Shown here: positions 24,600-52,387 of the stretch, in pieces
How positions within the stretch are numbered: position 1 is the stretch's first letter
Layout of the letters: every line of letters starts with the position of its first letter
Assembly (NCBI GenBank): GCA_020137815.1
Contig: CM035355.1
Span: 7,192,001 to 7,256,000, forward strand
Direction: 5' to 3'
From: Hormiphora californensis
Lineage: Eukaryota; Animalia; Ctenophora
DNA length: 64,000 nucleotides
The notes under the pieces: generated by a model
Told to the model about the DNA's origin: nothing
Database searches by the model: none
What the model saw: the letters and a program-made list of their open reading frames with translations, nothing else
Made by a program: the position numbers and the translations under genes

Positions 24600-27500
24600 A
24601 GAGAAAGAGAGAGAGGGAGAGAGGGGAAGAGGGAGAGCTCTTCTTACACAGCACCTAGGTGGCTTATTCAACATTGTGATTGTGGTTTCTAAAAATAAAA
24701 CGAGAGCGAGGGAGAGAGCATAAATGCGTTACAAGCAATCCCTTAGTCTTTGCTTTCCCAGTTTCTTACTATCGTAGTAAGCCTTGCTTTGCTGTTATAC
24801 TTTCATTTCATTCACCAAGCAGGCCACCTTATGGTGATTTCTTCAGCTGGAAATATTTAACTCATCTATTTAAATGTTATGCACTTGTATTTTTAACCCA
24901 CCTCATTATAGTACTACTGCTGCAGTCGGACCCCGATTTAGTGGCCCCCGATTTAGTGGCACCCCGATTTAGTGGGAGGATTTTTTTTCCCCCGATATAC
25001 GAAAATTAACATTATTTGAACCCGATTTAGTGGCACCCCGATTTAGTGGCAGAATTTTTTCCCCCGAGGATGCCACTAAATCGGGGTCCGACTGTACCTA
25101 ATTACCTGCATCCATCATATTATTATTCATTTTAGTGTTTCAAAATGTTGTTTATTGTGCTGAATCTACTGGTGGCAGCTGTAGCAGCACAACAGATTGC
25201 TTATTTTCCACCACCGAACTCCGTGGACGACTACATCCGAGTTGATATCTCCAACGGTGGCTCTCCCATAACAGAAGTCACCATCGCAGCCTGGGCTAAA
25301 CAAGCCACACCTTATGAGTCGGATAGCGCCGAAGGCTATTTCTTCAGCTACATGTCGTCAACAGATAGCGATCACAATTTGCTACTACTTGGTGGTAGCA
25401 ACACTTTCTGTATAAAATTTTGGGTTTTCAGTAGTCGGCAGAGATCTTCTTCGTGTAGCGATTACGGTATTACAGTCGGTATGTTAAAATCATGCCTCAC
25501 AATTCCTTTATGTTTGTAGTGTATTGCTATGTATATCTATCCTTGCTAGTGTTTTTACAAGTATTAGTTAGCTGAACTCAATACTGACTAACGGCGGTGG
25601 CATTCCCCTCTTAGGTAAGTGGATTCACTACGCGGCCACATGGACAAGTGCAACGGGGGCAACTAAGGCCTACCTTAACGGAGAGCTGATCAAGGAAGCC
25701 ACCAACATCAAGAAGGGCTTGCAAATTGGAAACGAAGGAGTTTTGATCATTGGACAGGTTGATCTAGGTTTTTTGTCTGGATAAATAGCCATGATAAAGG
25801 TAGCAACAAAAGTATGCTGTTGATTGAATTGAAACCGTTTCCTCTTTTCAGGACCAAGACAGCTACGGAGGCGGTTTTCAAGTAAAGAATGCCTTTTCCG
25901 GTGAATTGACGGGTTTATTCTGGTTGAGAAAGGTCCTAACGCCGGACCAAGTTTCTACCCTCTACAAGGACACCCTTGTCCATCGTGATTCCGAAAGTTA
26001 CCCTCCGGGTGACATAGTTCTCAGTTGGAGTGATATCATGACCACAGGGTCATTTCACGGTGGTACCTATAGCTATTATAGTATCTACGGTAATTATTAT
26101 CAATTTTTTAAGTTATTGTGGGCCGTGGGGGTTTATGGTTTTTATTCGTACAAAAGTTACAGGGCTGAGAACTTTTGTACGAAATAATATTTTTTAACTT
26201 TGATCATTTTGATCCGACGGCCCTAACCATATAACCCTAACCCTACCTGTTATCAAGATTATCTATAGCGTCCTGACTCCTGAGTACGGCGCCAATGGTG
26301 AAAAATTATAGGAACAGAAAACAACGAATACATGCAAGGTAATGTTATAAAAGTAACAACAAAACCAACATGCCCTCTGTAGCTTCCCCATCCCCAGTTT
26401 AACTAAAAAATAAACCTCTATACTATCCCCATCCCTGCAGTACCTTGCTGATGGAGACGATGTAGCTGTAGCATCGGTTATCACAATCCCAAAGGAGCAG
26501 GGAGAGGGTTGAGATGAGGTAGGGCTGGGGGAGGAGCACTATAATCGCACCCGATCCAACCTGACAGAGGAGGTGATTGGTTGCTGCAAGACACTCAGAG
26601 ACTTAAAAAGTGTTGTGTTGTTGATCGAAAAGACAATTTTTATACTTTGGGTCTAAAATCGGTGTCTTCGATTCTAATGATTAAAATCAGGTTCACAGCT
26701 AACTGATTTACCCCAAACAAAATATTTACCAGTACTCAAAAACAATTTGATTCCCCTCACCTGGTGGCAAGTGTACCCATCCTCCCAATCGTATTGTGTT
26801 GTATTCCCATTTAGCAGGGTACTCCTATACTTGCTGACACCCTCCACTACTATGGATCCCCGTTCTATGGTGGCCACATTGTCCCTGGGCTCTATCACCC
26901 CCTCCTCATCCACACTGACCACATCCACAGTCGAGGTGTACCTGGGGTGAAAGTGTGAGTTGTTATATAGAGTTGAGAGGGGGTGCAGTGATGGGTTGGG
27001 GTGAGAGCCGAAGGGTGAACTGAGGGTGGAGAAGGGGAGTCAAGTGAGGGGGTCAGTGGGGGAAGGACAGTGTACCTACTAGCGCCCCCCACCTAATAGG
27101 TACTACCTAGCGGCCAGTTATGCTAGTTATATTATCATTGCACACGGATACGATAATTAGACAATACACTACATTTATTAGTAGTAGTGCAGACACGTTA
27201 TTAGGAAGTATTTGTACACCAACAATAGACACACATTACACTGCACTACTGCTGTACTCAGAACTCCGGACATGTAGGAGTTGCAGTACACTACAAAGAC
27301 CACAACAATTACGATTGAAATAGGTGCGATTATATGTCGAAACAGAACACAAAGATACCACCCCTCACTTACCTCACACTAGCCTCTTCAATGGAGAACA
27401 CCTTACTGGTAGAACACCATGTACCCACAATCCTAATCATACCCACAGCCCGGGGTTGTGCCAACTGAATCCTCTGGTAACCATGGCAATGGTATTGTTC

Positions 27501-29400
27501 ATAGTTAGCAACACACTTCCAACTCTCCCCATCCATTGATATAGACACTCTGTAACTACTGTAACCCTCACCACTCTCCTTACTGTTGCTAGGCAACGCA
27601 AATCCTATCTCATTAACGATGTGAGGCCTGGTAAACCGGAGCGTGATCCCCCGTTCATCCCCAATAGCATGTTTACAAAACACCTTATCCGTTGAGCCTG
27701 CAACCCCACTATGATCGTAACTCCTGGTAAACAGAGCGTATCCGTTCTCCCCCGTTGCCACACTCAAAACACCGCTCTCCACCAACTCCATCCCCTCTCT
27801 CCTGATACCCCTGTGTGGTAAATCCACATGGTCGGAAAGTGTTTGCTCTCTGAGTGAGTCTAGAATAGTTTCACTAGTAAACAGTTCCGTTGGAGCAATG
27901 TGCAGGAAGACTTCCTTGGGTGGGATGAGACACAGACGCAGGTAGGAGAGCAGGGTGTCTTGTTCGGGTTGGGTTCGTTTTTTGGCGGATATCCACGAGT
28001 TAATGTGGTGGAAGATGTCCAGTTCAACAAGGGGGTAACTGTCCCGGCGGAATATTGCAGAGAGGGTGTGGTGGGAGAGATCATCAATACTTGATAAACA
28101 CTCACTGAAAATGTGTGCGGATTAATAACAACTAATAATAACCACCGCTTGTTTTTCGAATTAGGAACCATATATTTTTTGCCGGATAGCAAAAAATGGG
28201 TGTGCTGTAAAAAACACGGACAACCCTGCACAATTTATGCACTGTTAAAGTGCATATATTTTGCCACTGTGTGTTTCCTACCTGGGATGAGCATCAATTA
28301 GCTGAAGGCAGTGCTCCTGTAAATTAGCAAGGTTGTAGAACGTTGCTAGTTGGCAGATCTCCGCAGCATTGGATGTGTCTATTTGGGTTCGGAGAAAGGA
28401 GCAGATATCCATTTCTAGGAGAGTCAACTCGTATCTGTGAGCTAGTTCCAGTAGTAGTAGGACCTGGGAAATGGGGTGAACTGAGACGGTCGTGTTGTAA
28501 CTTGTATGGGTGCAGGTTAGACCCCCCCCTGTTGCATTGTCTAGATGTTTGGGGTGGGGGAGGGTTGAGCGACAGAAATATTTAGTTCGCTGTGCCCTCT
28601 CTCGATATAGACAAGTTGTAAGAAACAATGCGTTTGCACTATTCATAGCATCTGGCAGGCTCTTCCAAAATGCAATAAACGCAGACGCAAATGGCAATGC
28701 ACACATGCACACACAGCTTGCAAACATTCCAACACTTTAAAAGCGACGACTTTTTAAAACAACCATGCTGTGGTCTCCAGTCTGTTCAATTCAATCATTA
28801 TCATACAGATATTGCTGTGATCGTGGGACTTTTGTCACTGATTATTTTAGACGTTGGTGAGACAAAAAATGACATCTATTGGAAAGACAACTCATTACAG
28901 CTGTTACCTCGGAGGTGGAGACCTTGTTCAGGTCCATTCTGCAGGTGTACAGGTACTCCCTGATAACAGTGAATGTGCCAGGTTCCACATCGTGCATCTG
29001 GATCTCTGCACCTGGCCTACTTTCCCTCATACCACCTGGGGATAAATGTTGTCTTGTTTCAATTTACACATGGGACTGAGAGTTGAGAACATGATAGTAT
29101 AGTTTAGTACCATTCAATTATCGAATCTAAAATACGGAATTCTATTCTACCTAAATCAAGCAAATTTGCACTTCTCATTTGTGTACGTCATATTAATAAT
29201 AGAAATCACTCACCATACAGTAGTGCACGGAAATACTTTGATCGTGCAGCAAGGATGGCCTTATGACACGGGAACTCCTGTCCCTGACACGTAATCATGA
29301 CATCACTCTCTATGTCCGGGTCCTCCAGGAGGGACCCCAGTTGGGCAGATAGTTCACTGCTGTGGTTTATAGTTCCTCGGTCCCAACCTGCCCCTGCCAT
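21688..29400 (-). CDS. BTBD9: BTB/POZ domain-containing protein 9 (BTB-BACK-2x F5/8C)
   Basis: Exons 29400-29214, 29035-28908, 28463-28282, ~28104-27373, 26941-26761, 26560-26444, 22672-22559 and 21852-21688: FPCHKAILAARSKYFRALLYGGMRES, NVATI...VEGVSKYRSTLLNG..YDWEDGYTCHQVGSGAI, LLLWDCDNRCYSY, YIRVIGTQNSANSVFH. Confidence 0.92.
23282..24158 (+). CDS. Secreted protein: signal peptide, unnamed beta-rich extracellular domain and Sushi/CCP domain; nested antisense in a BTBD9 intron
   Basis: Exons 23282-23336, 23445-~23867 and 23989-24150 (all phase 1). CCP pattern CPDINIEG...VSVRCEEN..LIGDSVLTCQGDGSWDSMPHC. A further short exon from ~24240 is possible. Confidence 0.75.
24923..25094. mobile_element. 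Tc1/mariner-pogo-type MITE
   Basis: Same TIRs as 15675-15843, in the opposite orientation. Confidence 0.88.
25145..26276 (+). CDS. Secreted pentraxin / LamG-like protein nested antisense in a BTBD9 intron
   Basis: Signal peptide, then EVTIAAW, FFSY, GKWIHYAATWTSATGATKAYLNG and GVLIIGQDQDSYGGGFQ..AFSGEL (pentraxin motifs). The last exon (A-S-stop at ~26269-26276) is tentative. Confidence 0.85.
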
Positions 29401-29983
29401 GGTGGGAGCCTAGATAGAAGAAAGAAGGGGGTAACCATGGTTATATGGGAGCCTAGATAGAAGAGAGAGAGAGAGGGAGTAACCGTAGTAATATCGTAGG
29501 AGCATAGATAGAAAAGAGAGGGAGTAATACGAGGAATGATGTGTCCCAGGCCCATATTGCTTGATCTTGGCAGCAATTTACTGGAGTTTTGTACATGGGG
29601 TGTTTAGATTCTAGAAAAACGCGAAAATAATAATACTTTGTAAATAAACTACAGCTACAACTTACAAATAACACGTCCAGAAAAGAGAATATACAAAACT
29701 TGCTAATAAGCTACAGGTATAGAATCAAAAATATTCGTAATAAACACCTTGGGCACACCGTCCCATCTTTCTTTCTCTTTCTCTCTGCTAACTGCTTCTC
29801 TCGTATAATTCACATCTTCTGTCACACACGCCGCTTTATTCCGTAAACACCAACAGGCCACATAATTTCTTCATACATATCTGAGACCTCTAACGTTCCC
29901 TCAGTCCCCCTCTGACCTCTCGTTCTTCTCCTCACACTCTTCTCCCACTCTCAGTATCTCCCTTTCACTATCATACAAACATG

Positions 29984-31678
29984 TTACATGACTTTAGTAA
30001 CGCCAGCCTGTTGCTGCTGTGATGTCTCGTGGGTCGGATCAACCATAAACATGTACCACTTGCTTACCAAACACCTGAAAAGTGTAGGGGATGTTAGTTT
30101 ACCCCCTTTGGAAAGAAAACCAGAGAAAACAACGATTTGGCAGTATACTAAAATTCAATCTTTGCTCAATGGTTCAGGATATTTAAAGAAAGATTGTCTC
30201 TTGGGCAGTGACGAACACAGTTTACATACTACACGGCGGGGACAGGGCAGTTACACACGAGACATTAATTACAGATCACTACAAATTACAGATCACTAAT
30301 TACAATCTTAACATACCTCTCTTATCCGTTCCATTCTGCTCATTTTAACAACACCACTACTAGCGATCGGCATAGATCGGCACAGAATGGTTTGTTGTGG
30401 AACAGCAACTGAAAACAAGGGAAGGAGTTATTAATTAGATCTAAACCTTCTTTCCGCACGGTGAAAGAGATCATCGAGCAAGGCAAGGAGGTGGTATAAA
30501 AATTTTAAAAAACGGGACAATAGTTGAATAAAAATCCAAATCGTCGTTCGGTTTTACCCACCATGTATTCGTGGTAGCAAAGTATGATAGCTCCAGCAAG
30601 GGCCATAGTGCTCACAACGATGTTACAGGAAACGAGACAATGGGAAAATGTCACCGAACCCGTCAAAAACCAAAACAGCTGAATAAATAGTGTTTGTGTT
30701 GGGGATAGAGATACATATTAAATCTCGATAGTACGATCCTCAATACACCCAGACTTCTCCCAAAAAAAAGAAGTTTTACTAATTTTTATCCAGTATTCAC
30801 CCAGGCAGTACAGGGGAAATATAAAATGCAAGTTGTTTTACCTGCATGGGTGCCAGGACAGTCAGAATCACAGTACCGGGAGTCTCATGTGTAACGATAA
30901 AGATCAGATTCGAACACAAGTAGGTTGCTGATATCCCCAATAATGAAAATACTGTTACCTAAAACGGTCAGGTTGAGAAAATGTTAAATTATCGGATATT
31001 CCAGAACGCAAAAACACTCAAGATGTTCCGATTTTCCACGATATTCCAATCTCCAAACCGTTACATTTACCATAAAGAAAGGAAGGTTATATTTTCCTAT
31101 ACAACTTCCAGTAAAGTGGCAGTGGTGATCTCTCTGAACAATGCACACGTCACACGTATGACAGTGCCTCGAGTTAACTGGTACCGAACCTACAAGAGGG
31201 GTAAACGTTTTCAACCGATAATGTCAACACATTAACACAACCTTTCAGAACAAAAATACCACCTAGATTGGTACCATAGTTATGAAATTAATGTATTTAA
31301 AGGTTGGTTTCACTTACCAGAGCACCCATCGTAAGGACAATACCGCCACCCATCTGTCTGAATGTGGGGGACATTCTTCAGACTCTTAGCAGAACTATCT
31401 ACCAAAATGCACTTCCAGTAGTTGGTAACCAGAGCCGAGTTGAAAAGTAGGGTGGGTCCGATAAATAACCAAAGAAAACCTGCAAATAGCGGTATCTTGT
31501 TTCATGTTTGGTGCCATGACAAAATTATCATTTTGTAATTATCATGTTGTAATACTTTGGTAGCTTCATCTGACGTACCTATCTCATACTGAACGAAAAA
31601 TAGCTGTACAAAGAAAGTGGCAACGATGAGGAAAAAGCTCAAGAAAACCATAAACTTTTCCAGTCCAGATTTTGCCAT
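29984..31678 (-). CDS. DHHC-type palmitoyltransferase (small ZDHHC family member)
   Basis: PVNSRHCHTCDVCIVQRDHHCHFTGSCIG..N with flanking TM exons and ATG at 31678. The last exon appears to carry a 1-nt indel, so the stop position is approximate. Confidence 0.88.
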
Positions 31679-32103
31679 CTTGGAAGGAGCTAAAAAGAGT
31701 TTTTATAACACAATGTTGCAAATGGTTAGGCGCGTGATAGTTAGTTAGTGTATTTCTCTTTATGATGAGCCTGCATTCAGTAGCACATGACTTCAGTCTT
31801 CATGACAGGCAGGGTTGCCGTTGCGATTTTTGCAAAAAATCGAAGAAACATATAATAAATTAATTCATGGTCTTGATAATTCTTCTTATCCTCTTCTTAT
31901 TCACTTCACGTAACAAGCTCAGTGCAAGCTAGGTTGGCGATGGCGATCTTCCTCCGATTTCCTCTCAAGGCTATGATATTTTTTGATTGATTTTTGCAAA
32001 TATTTTTAAAAACTGGGGGGGGGGGGGGCAATATCGGCCTTAAAATAAAATATATAATAAATTATACAGTAGAAATCAATGGAATCAATAAATTATTGTG
32101 GAA

Positions 32104-32725
32104 TTAGTCCATACGATATAAATATTCATCAGCGTCACTTGCAGCCGCCTTGCCCCTGCCCCGATATCCCCTAATCGATACAGTTATTGAGCGAACCATC
32201 GCAAATGATAAGCACAGTCTAAGATACCGAATACAGTCCTGGCGCTCATATCCAGTTTTGGAACATTTTCGGTGGGCCAACTGTTTCAGTGTGTTCTGAA
32301 ATTCTCTACCAAGTCCGCCTGATGTTGACATGACAAGCGGAGTGAACACCGCCTTCTCAACCTGGAGAACTCGTTGCAGATAAGCTTTCTTCTTCTCAGT
32401 TTCATGCTTCTCATAGATCTTCTGTATACTCTGGTTGGCATTAGACTTTACCCTTGGATTAAAAATCCTTACGTCAAAATAGGTACAGTCTAAGCTTGAC
32501 CAGAGTCCACGGGTTCTGATGTCAAGGCGAGCCCCGTCTGCTGTGATGGTCCCAGCTGGAAGGGACGTCCCCCGAACGTTGAGAAGGTGAGGTTCGACCT
32601 TGGTATCGAGGCCGACAGTGCTAAGCTCTTTCGCAATAAAGTCTCTCACGTTGTCGTGCCTGTAGTTAACAAATCCTCCAAGCTTGCAGGAGATAGCATG
32701 ATCGATACTGTTAGCTTCTCCGCAT
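32104..32725 (-). mobile_element. Fragment of a CRE-like non-LTR retrotransposon (CCHC zinc knuckle plus restriction-like endonuclease)
   Basis: CTCGEANSIDHAISCKLGG...RHD..RD, EP, RLDI, FDV, EKKKAY, FTPLVMSTSGG. Confidence 0.8.
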
Positions 32726-32862
32726 GTACAAATACAAATACAAATACAAATATACATTTATTGTCCGCTTTTCATTGTCCATATTTTAAGAACAACACGA
32801 GTTCTGTTAGGTCTTGACTACTTGCATCACTTGGTGCGGACTTCGTCTCACTAACTCTCGTT

Positions 32863-33785
32863 GGGGGGGGGGGGGGGTTCAACCCTAAAAATTTCCATTG
32901 ATACCCACTTTTTTGGCAAATGGAAATTTTATATTGGAAATTTTTAGAAATTTTTAGAAATTTTTGGAAATTTTTGGAAATTTTTAGAATTTTTTGGAAA
33001 TTTTTAGAAATTTTTAGAAATTTTTAGAAATTTATGGACGATGGAAATTTTTGGAAGTTTTTAGTAAATGGAAATTTTTAGAAATTTTTAGAAATTTTTA
33101 GAAATTTTTAGAAGTTTTTAGAAGTTTTTAGAAGTTTTTAGAAGTTTTTCGGTAACCCAATTGTAAGCTAATGACAGGTAATCTTTGCATGTTTTCGACA
33201 GTAAGATAGTTATACAAGCTACATCCATGATCTACAGTGATCTAGCTTAAAAAAGAGTTTAAAGTTTCTATTTTGTATGCTAAGAAACCCGATCTACTAC
33301 GGTATTAGGCATTCCGTCCGAAGGAATGTAAGGTATCTTGTGCTATTTGGTAACTTACTTTTCAATAAGTTTTCGAGACGCCCTTAGTTGGCCTTAGTTG
33401 GCCAATGAATCTATGATTTCTGAAGAAATTGTACGGATTGCCAAAAAATATATGATCTCGATGTTTTTGACCTATTATTAAATGATTTATTGATGCTCAG
33501 TGCTCACAAGAGGTAAGGAAAAGTAACCAGTTCTGCGACAACTGTGTTTGTATATTTTCATGTTTTTGTTAGTTTTTCTTTTCTTGGTCAATGGAAATTT
33601 TTGGAAATTTTTGGAAATTTTTAGAAATTTTTGGAAATTAATGGAAATTTTTGGAAATTTTTAGAAATTTTTGGAAATTTTTAGTACTAAAAACTTCTAA
33701 AAATTTCTAAAAAATTCTAAAAATTTCCATCGATACCCGGATTTTGGCAAATGGAAATGGAAATTTTTAGGTTGAACCCCCCCCC
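32863..33785. mobile_element. Foldback DNA element with poly-G/poly-C termini and 10-bp GAAATTTTT(A/G) arrays
   Basis: G(n)TTCAACC..AAAAATTTCCATT...AATGGAAATTTTTAGGTTGAAC(n), flanked by a CTCGTT duplication. Confidence 0.8.
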
Positions 33786-33817
33786 CTCGTTTCAAAAGCG
33801 GTTAGTTCTATACCAAG

Positions 33818-49845
<16,028 letters not shown>

Positions 49846-49899
49846 GGGCTCCTCCAATTGGATTCATTTTTAGACTGTAAAATAGTGTTATCATAATAT

Positions 49900-49975
49900 T
49901 TTGTTCCTTGTGGTTGCCTCGCTCGACCGGTCGCGACCCTCTGTAACGGAGGGGTTAGAACTTAGAACATACCAA
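49900..49975 (+). repeat. Hairpin-bearing end of an interspersed repeat; reverse copy at ~63400-63460
   Basis: TTGCCTCGCTCGACC..TCGCGA..CTCTGTAACGGAGGGGTTAGAAC matches the reverse complement of 63405-63456. Confidence 0.55.
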
Positions 49976-50389
49976 AGTTATATTAGCAAAGTGGTTTTGA
50001 AAACCTGTTTGGAGAACTACAATGAAATAGCAGTTGACAAGAGTGATCTATATTTATCATCAATTGAGGCGTATAATATGAGAACATTTTATCATTATCT
50101 TCTTTGCATTGGGCATAAGATGCTTGTTGTGTGTAGACTAACGCTTTCTCGAAAATACGAACAAATCGAACAACGTTCCTTGAGCACTTACACAATTTAT
50201 ATTGCATATCTGACTTAATATAGAAAAGAAAAGGTGGCGTTTCATGTCATTAGAACTATACCAGAGCTATTGTTGCATCTTTAGGTATTTTGAAATATTT
50301 ATGTGCTGGCGTTTACATGTCTTTGACTTTCCACTTAAGAAAATATAGTTTTATTTGTTTTTATTGCCCTGTCTCAGACAGTGTCTGGG

Positions 50390-50763
50390 GGTAAGCGGTA
50401 AATACTCACTCGGTTCTTCACATTTTTTGGACGTTTTTGGCCATAACTCAGCCATTTCTTGACCAATTTGCAAAATATTGGGCTCATTGGAAAGAAGACA
50501 TTAAGAGCTTTCCAATGAGCCCTAGAAAATGAAAATCGGCGCAAAATGCGCGGCGCTATGGCGAAAACGCGCATTTTACGCCATAACGCCGCGCATTTTG
50601 CGCCGATTTTCATTTTCTAGGACTCATTTTAAAAATCTTAATGTCCTCTATCCAATGAGCCCAAGATTTTGCAAATTGGTCAAGAAATGGCTGAGTTATG
50701 GCCAAAATAAAAACGTCCAAAAAATGTGAAGAACCGAGTGAGTATTTACCGCTTCGGCTTACC
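50390..50763. mobile_element. Near-complete foldback MITE (Merlin- or MULE-like)
   Basis: GGTAAGC...GCTTACC termini, long palindromic arms, and 9-bp TSD GTGTCTGGG. Confidence 0.85.
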
Positions 50764-51029
50764 GTGTCTGGGGGTCCGGGTGCTGACTGTTTTGAGGATC
50801 AAAACAGTACCAGTGGCACTGCATGCATGAGGTGACAGTGATCTCAGATTTCAGAATCCAGCTAGTAATCAATCGCAGTCGGCCGTGTGTGGCAGTGGCA
50901 CGATTCGTGTCGGTACTGGTCAAATGGTCAATGGAATGCGCGGTCAATATCAAAATGCAACGCAATAAAATGTCAGCGCGTGATTCAAATCGGAAGCAGC
51001 CGCGCGTCGTGTTTTTTAAACACGAGAGA

Positions 51030-51925
51030 TTAAAAAACTCCTCCAGTTTTTTTTTCAGTTGGAAAGCGCTTCCTTTGGTTGGCATGCGCTGCAGACCCCA
51101 AGTGCGCGCGTTTTCCACGGCTTTAGGGCCTGTAGCATAGGCCAATTCCTTTGGCATGCGCTGCAGACCTGCCTGTAGCATAGGCCAAGCGCTTCCTTAT
51201 CCCGATTTTCGTTGCCAACCTGTCATGTCACGCGTGCTTATTGGAATGCGCTGCAGCCCCCTCATGCGCGCACCCCCGCAACGAGGGGACTGGAGGGAAT
51301 GCCGCGCGCGCGTTTGGCCTGATCCCGGCTGGGTCGAAGATAACTTTGCGGTCGAAAAAACGGCGGTGCTTATAACTTTGGCTCCTGAAGTCCGTTTGAC
51401 TTGATTCTTTCACCAGTTGTTAGATCTGACGATTATCTACCTTGCTGTTTTTGAGAGAAGTTAATTGGACTTAAGGAGGATGAGCAATAGCCGTTGAAAG
51501 ATGGGTTGTTTTCAAAAAGTGACGTCACAGATTCTTGCAGGGACACCTTTTTTTAAAATTTCATTCAAATTTTGATTTTACCGCACTCGATTTTGCGGAG
51601 TTTGGTTCATATCTCCTGTTCCTGATAAGATAGAGACCTGAAACCGGTTGCATTTGAAAGCTGTTATCTTCCTCTTTCCAACGCTACCAAAACGATTTCT
51701 GTACCTTATCTGGAACCGGAGATATGATTGATTATGTATTCCCCCCTAGCGCGGTATTCCCTCCAGGCCCCTTATATTATATTATAAGGGGCCTGCAACG
51801 TATGCCAAGCGTGCTTACGCCTTACGTCCCCTCGTACGCTTACCCAGGGGCTGCTGCAGCAAATGCCAAATTTTTCCAAGCAGGGCTCGGTCCAGAAACC
51901 AATTTTCGGGTGAAAGAGTTAAGAC
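51030..51925. mobile_element. Probable DNA transposon remnant with repeated TTGGCATGCGCTGCAG motifs
   Basis: The motif recurs at ~51079, 51151 and 51241, and inverted at ~51793 and 51855. Ends were not resolved. Confidence 0.4.
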
Positions 51926-52387
51926 GGGATCATTATTATTATTAAATCTGTTTACAATAATTTAACACTGTCATGTTAAGACGGGAAACTAAACAAAAAG
52001 TGAGATAAAACACAAATTTCTATGAAAAATTGTGTGAACGTCAGAAAAATGTCGCCTGTTTCTTATCTGGGCGAGTGTAAACATTACTTAGTCGTCTTTG
52101 CTCCGTCGAAAGACTAAACAGAATAAATGGATCCTAAGACACAGCAGCTGACCCCTTTAGGATTGAGGACACTTCCCATTAAACTACACTGCACTATAAT
52201 TGCCATGTGCTAGATTAGTCACATTTTAAAGAGTAATACGGCCGTCACGTGTTATAACCCAAAGTCAACCGACTTGAGCTAACGTGCAAATATATTTCAT
52301 GTTTAAAATACTCGGTTAGGTTTTGAGGTCTCCGGTCTTGTGTTTCTCAGATAATTTTTTAACACAGCCCAACATACCTTAGTGTCA

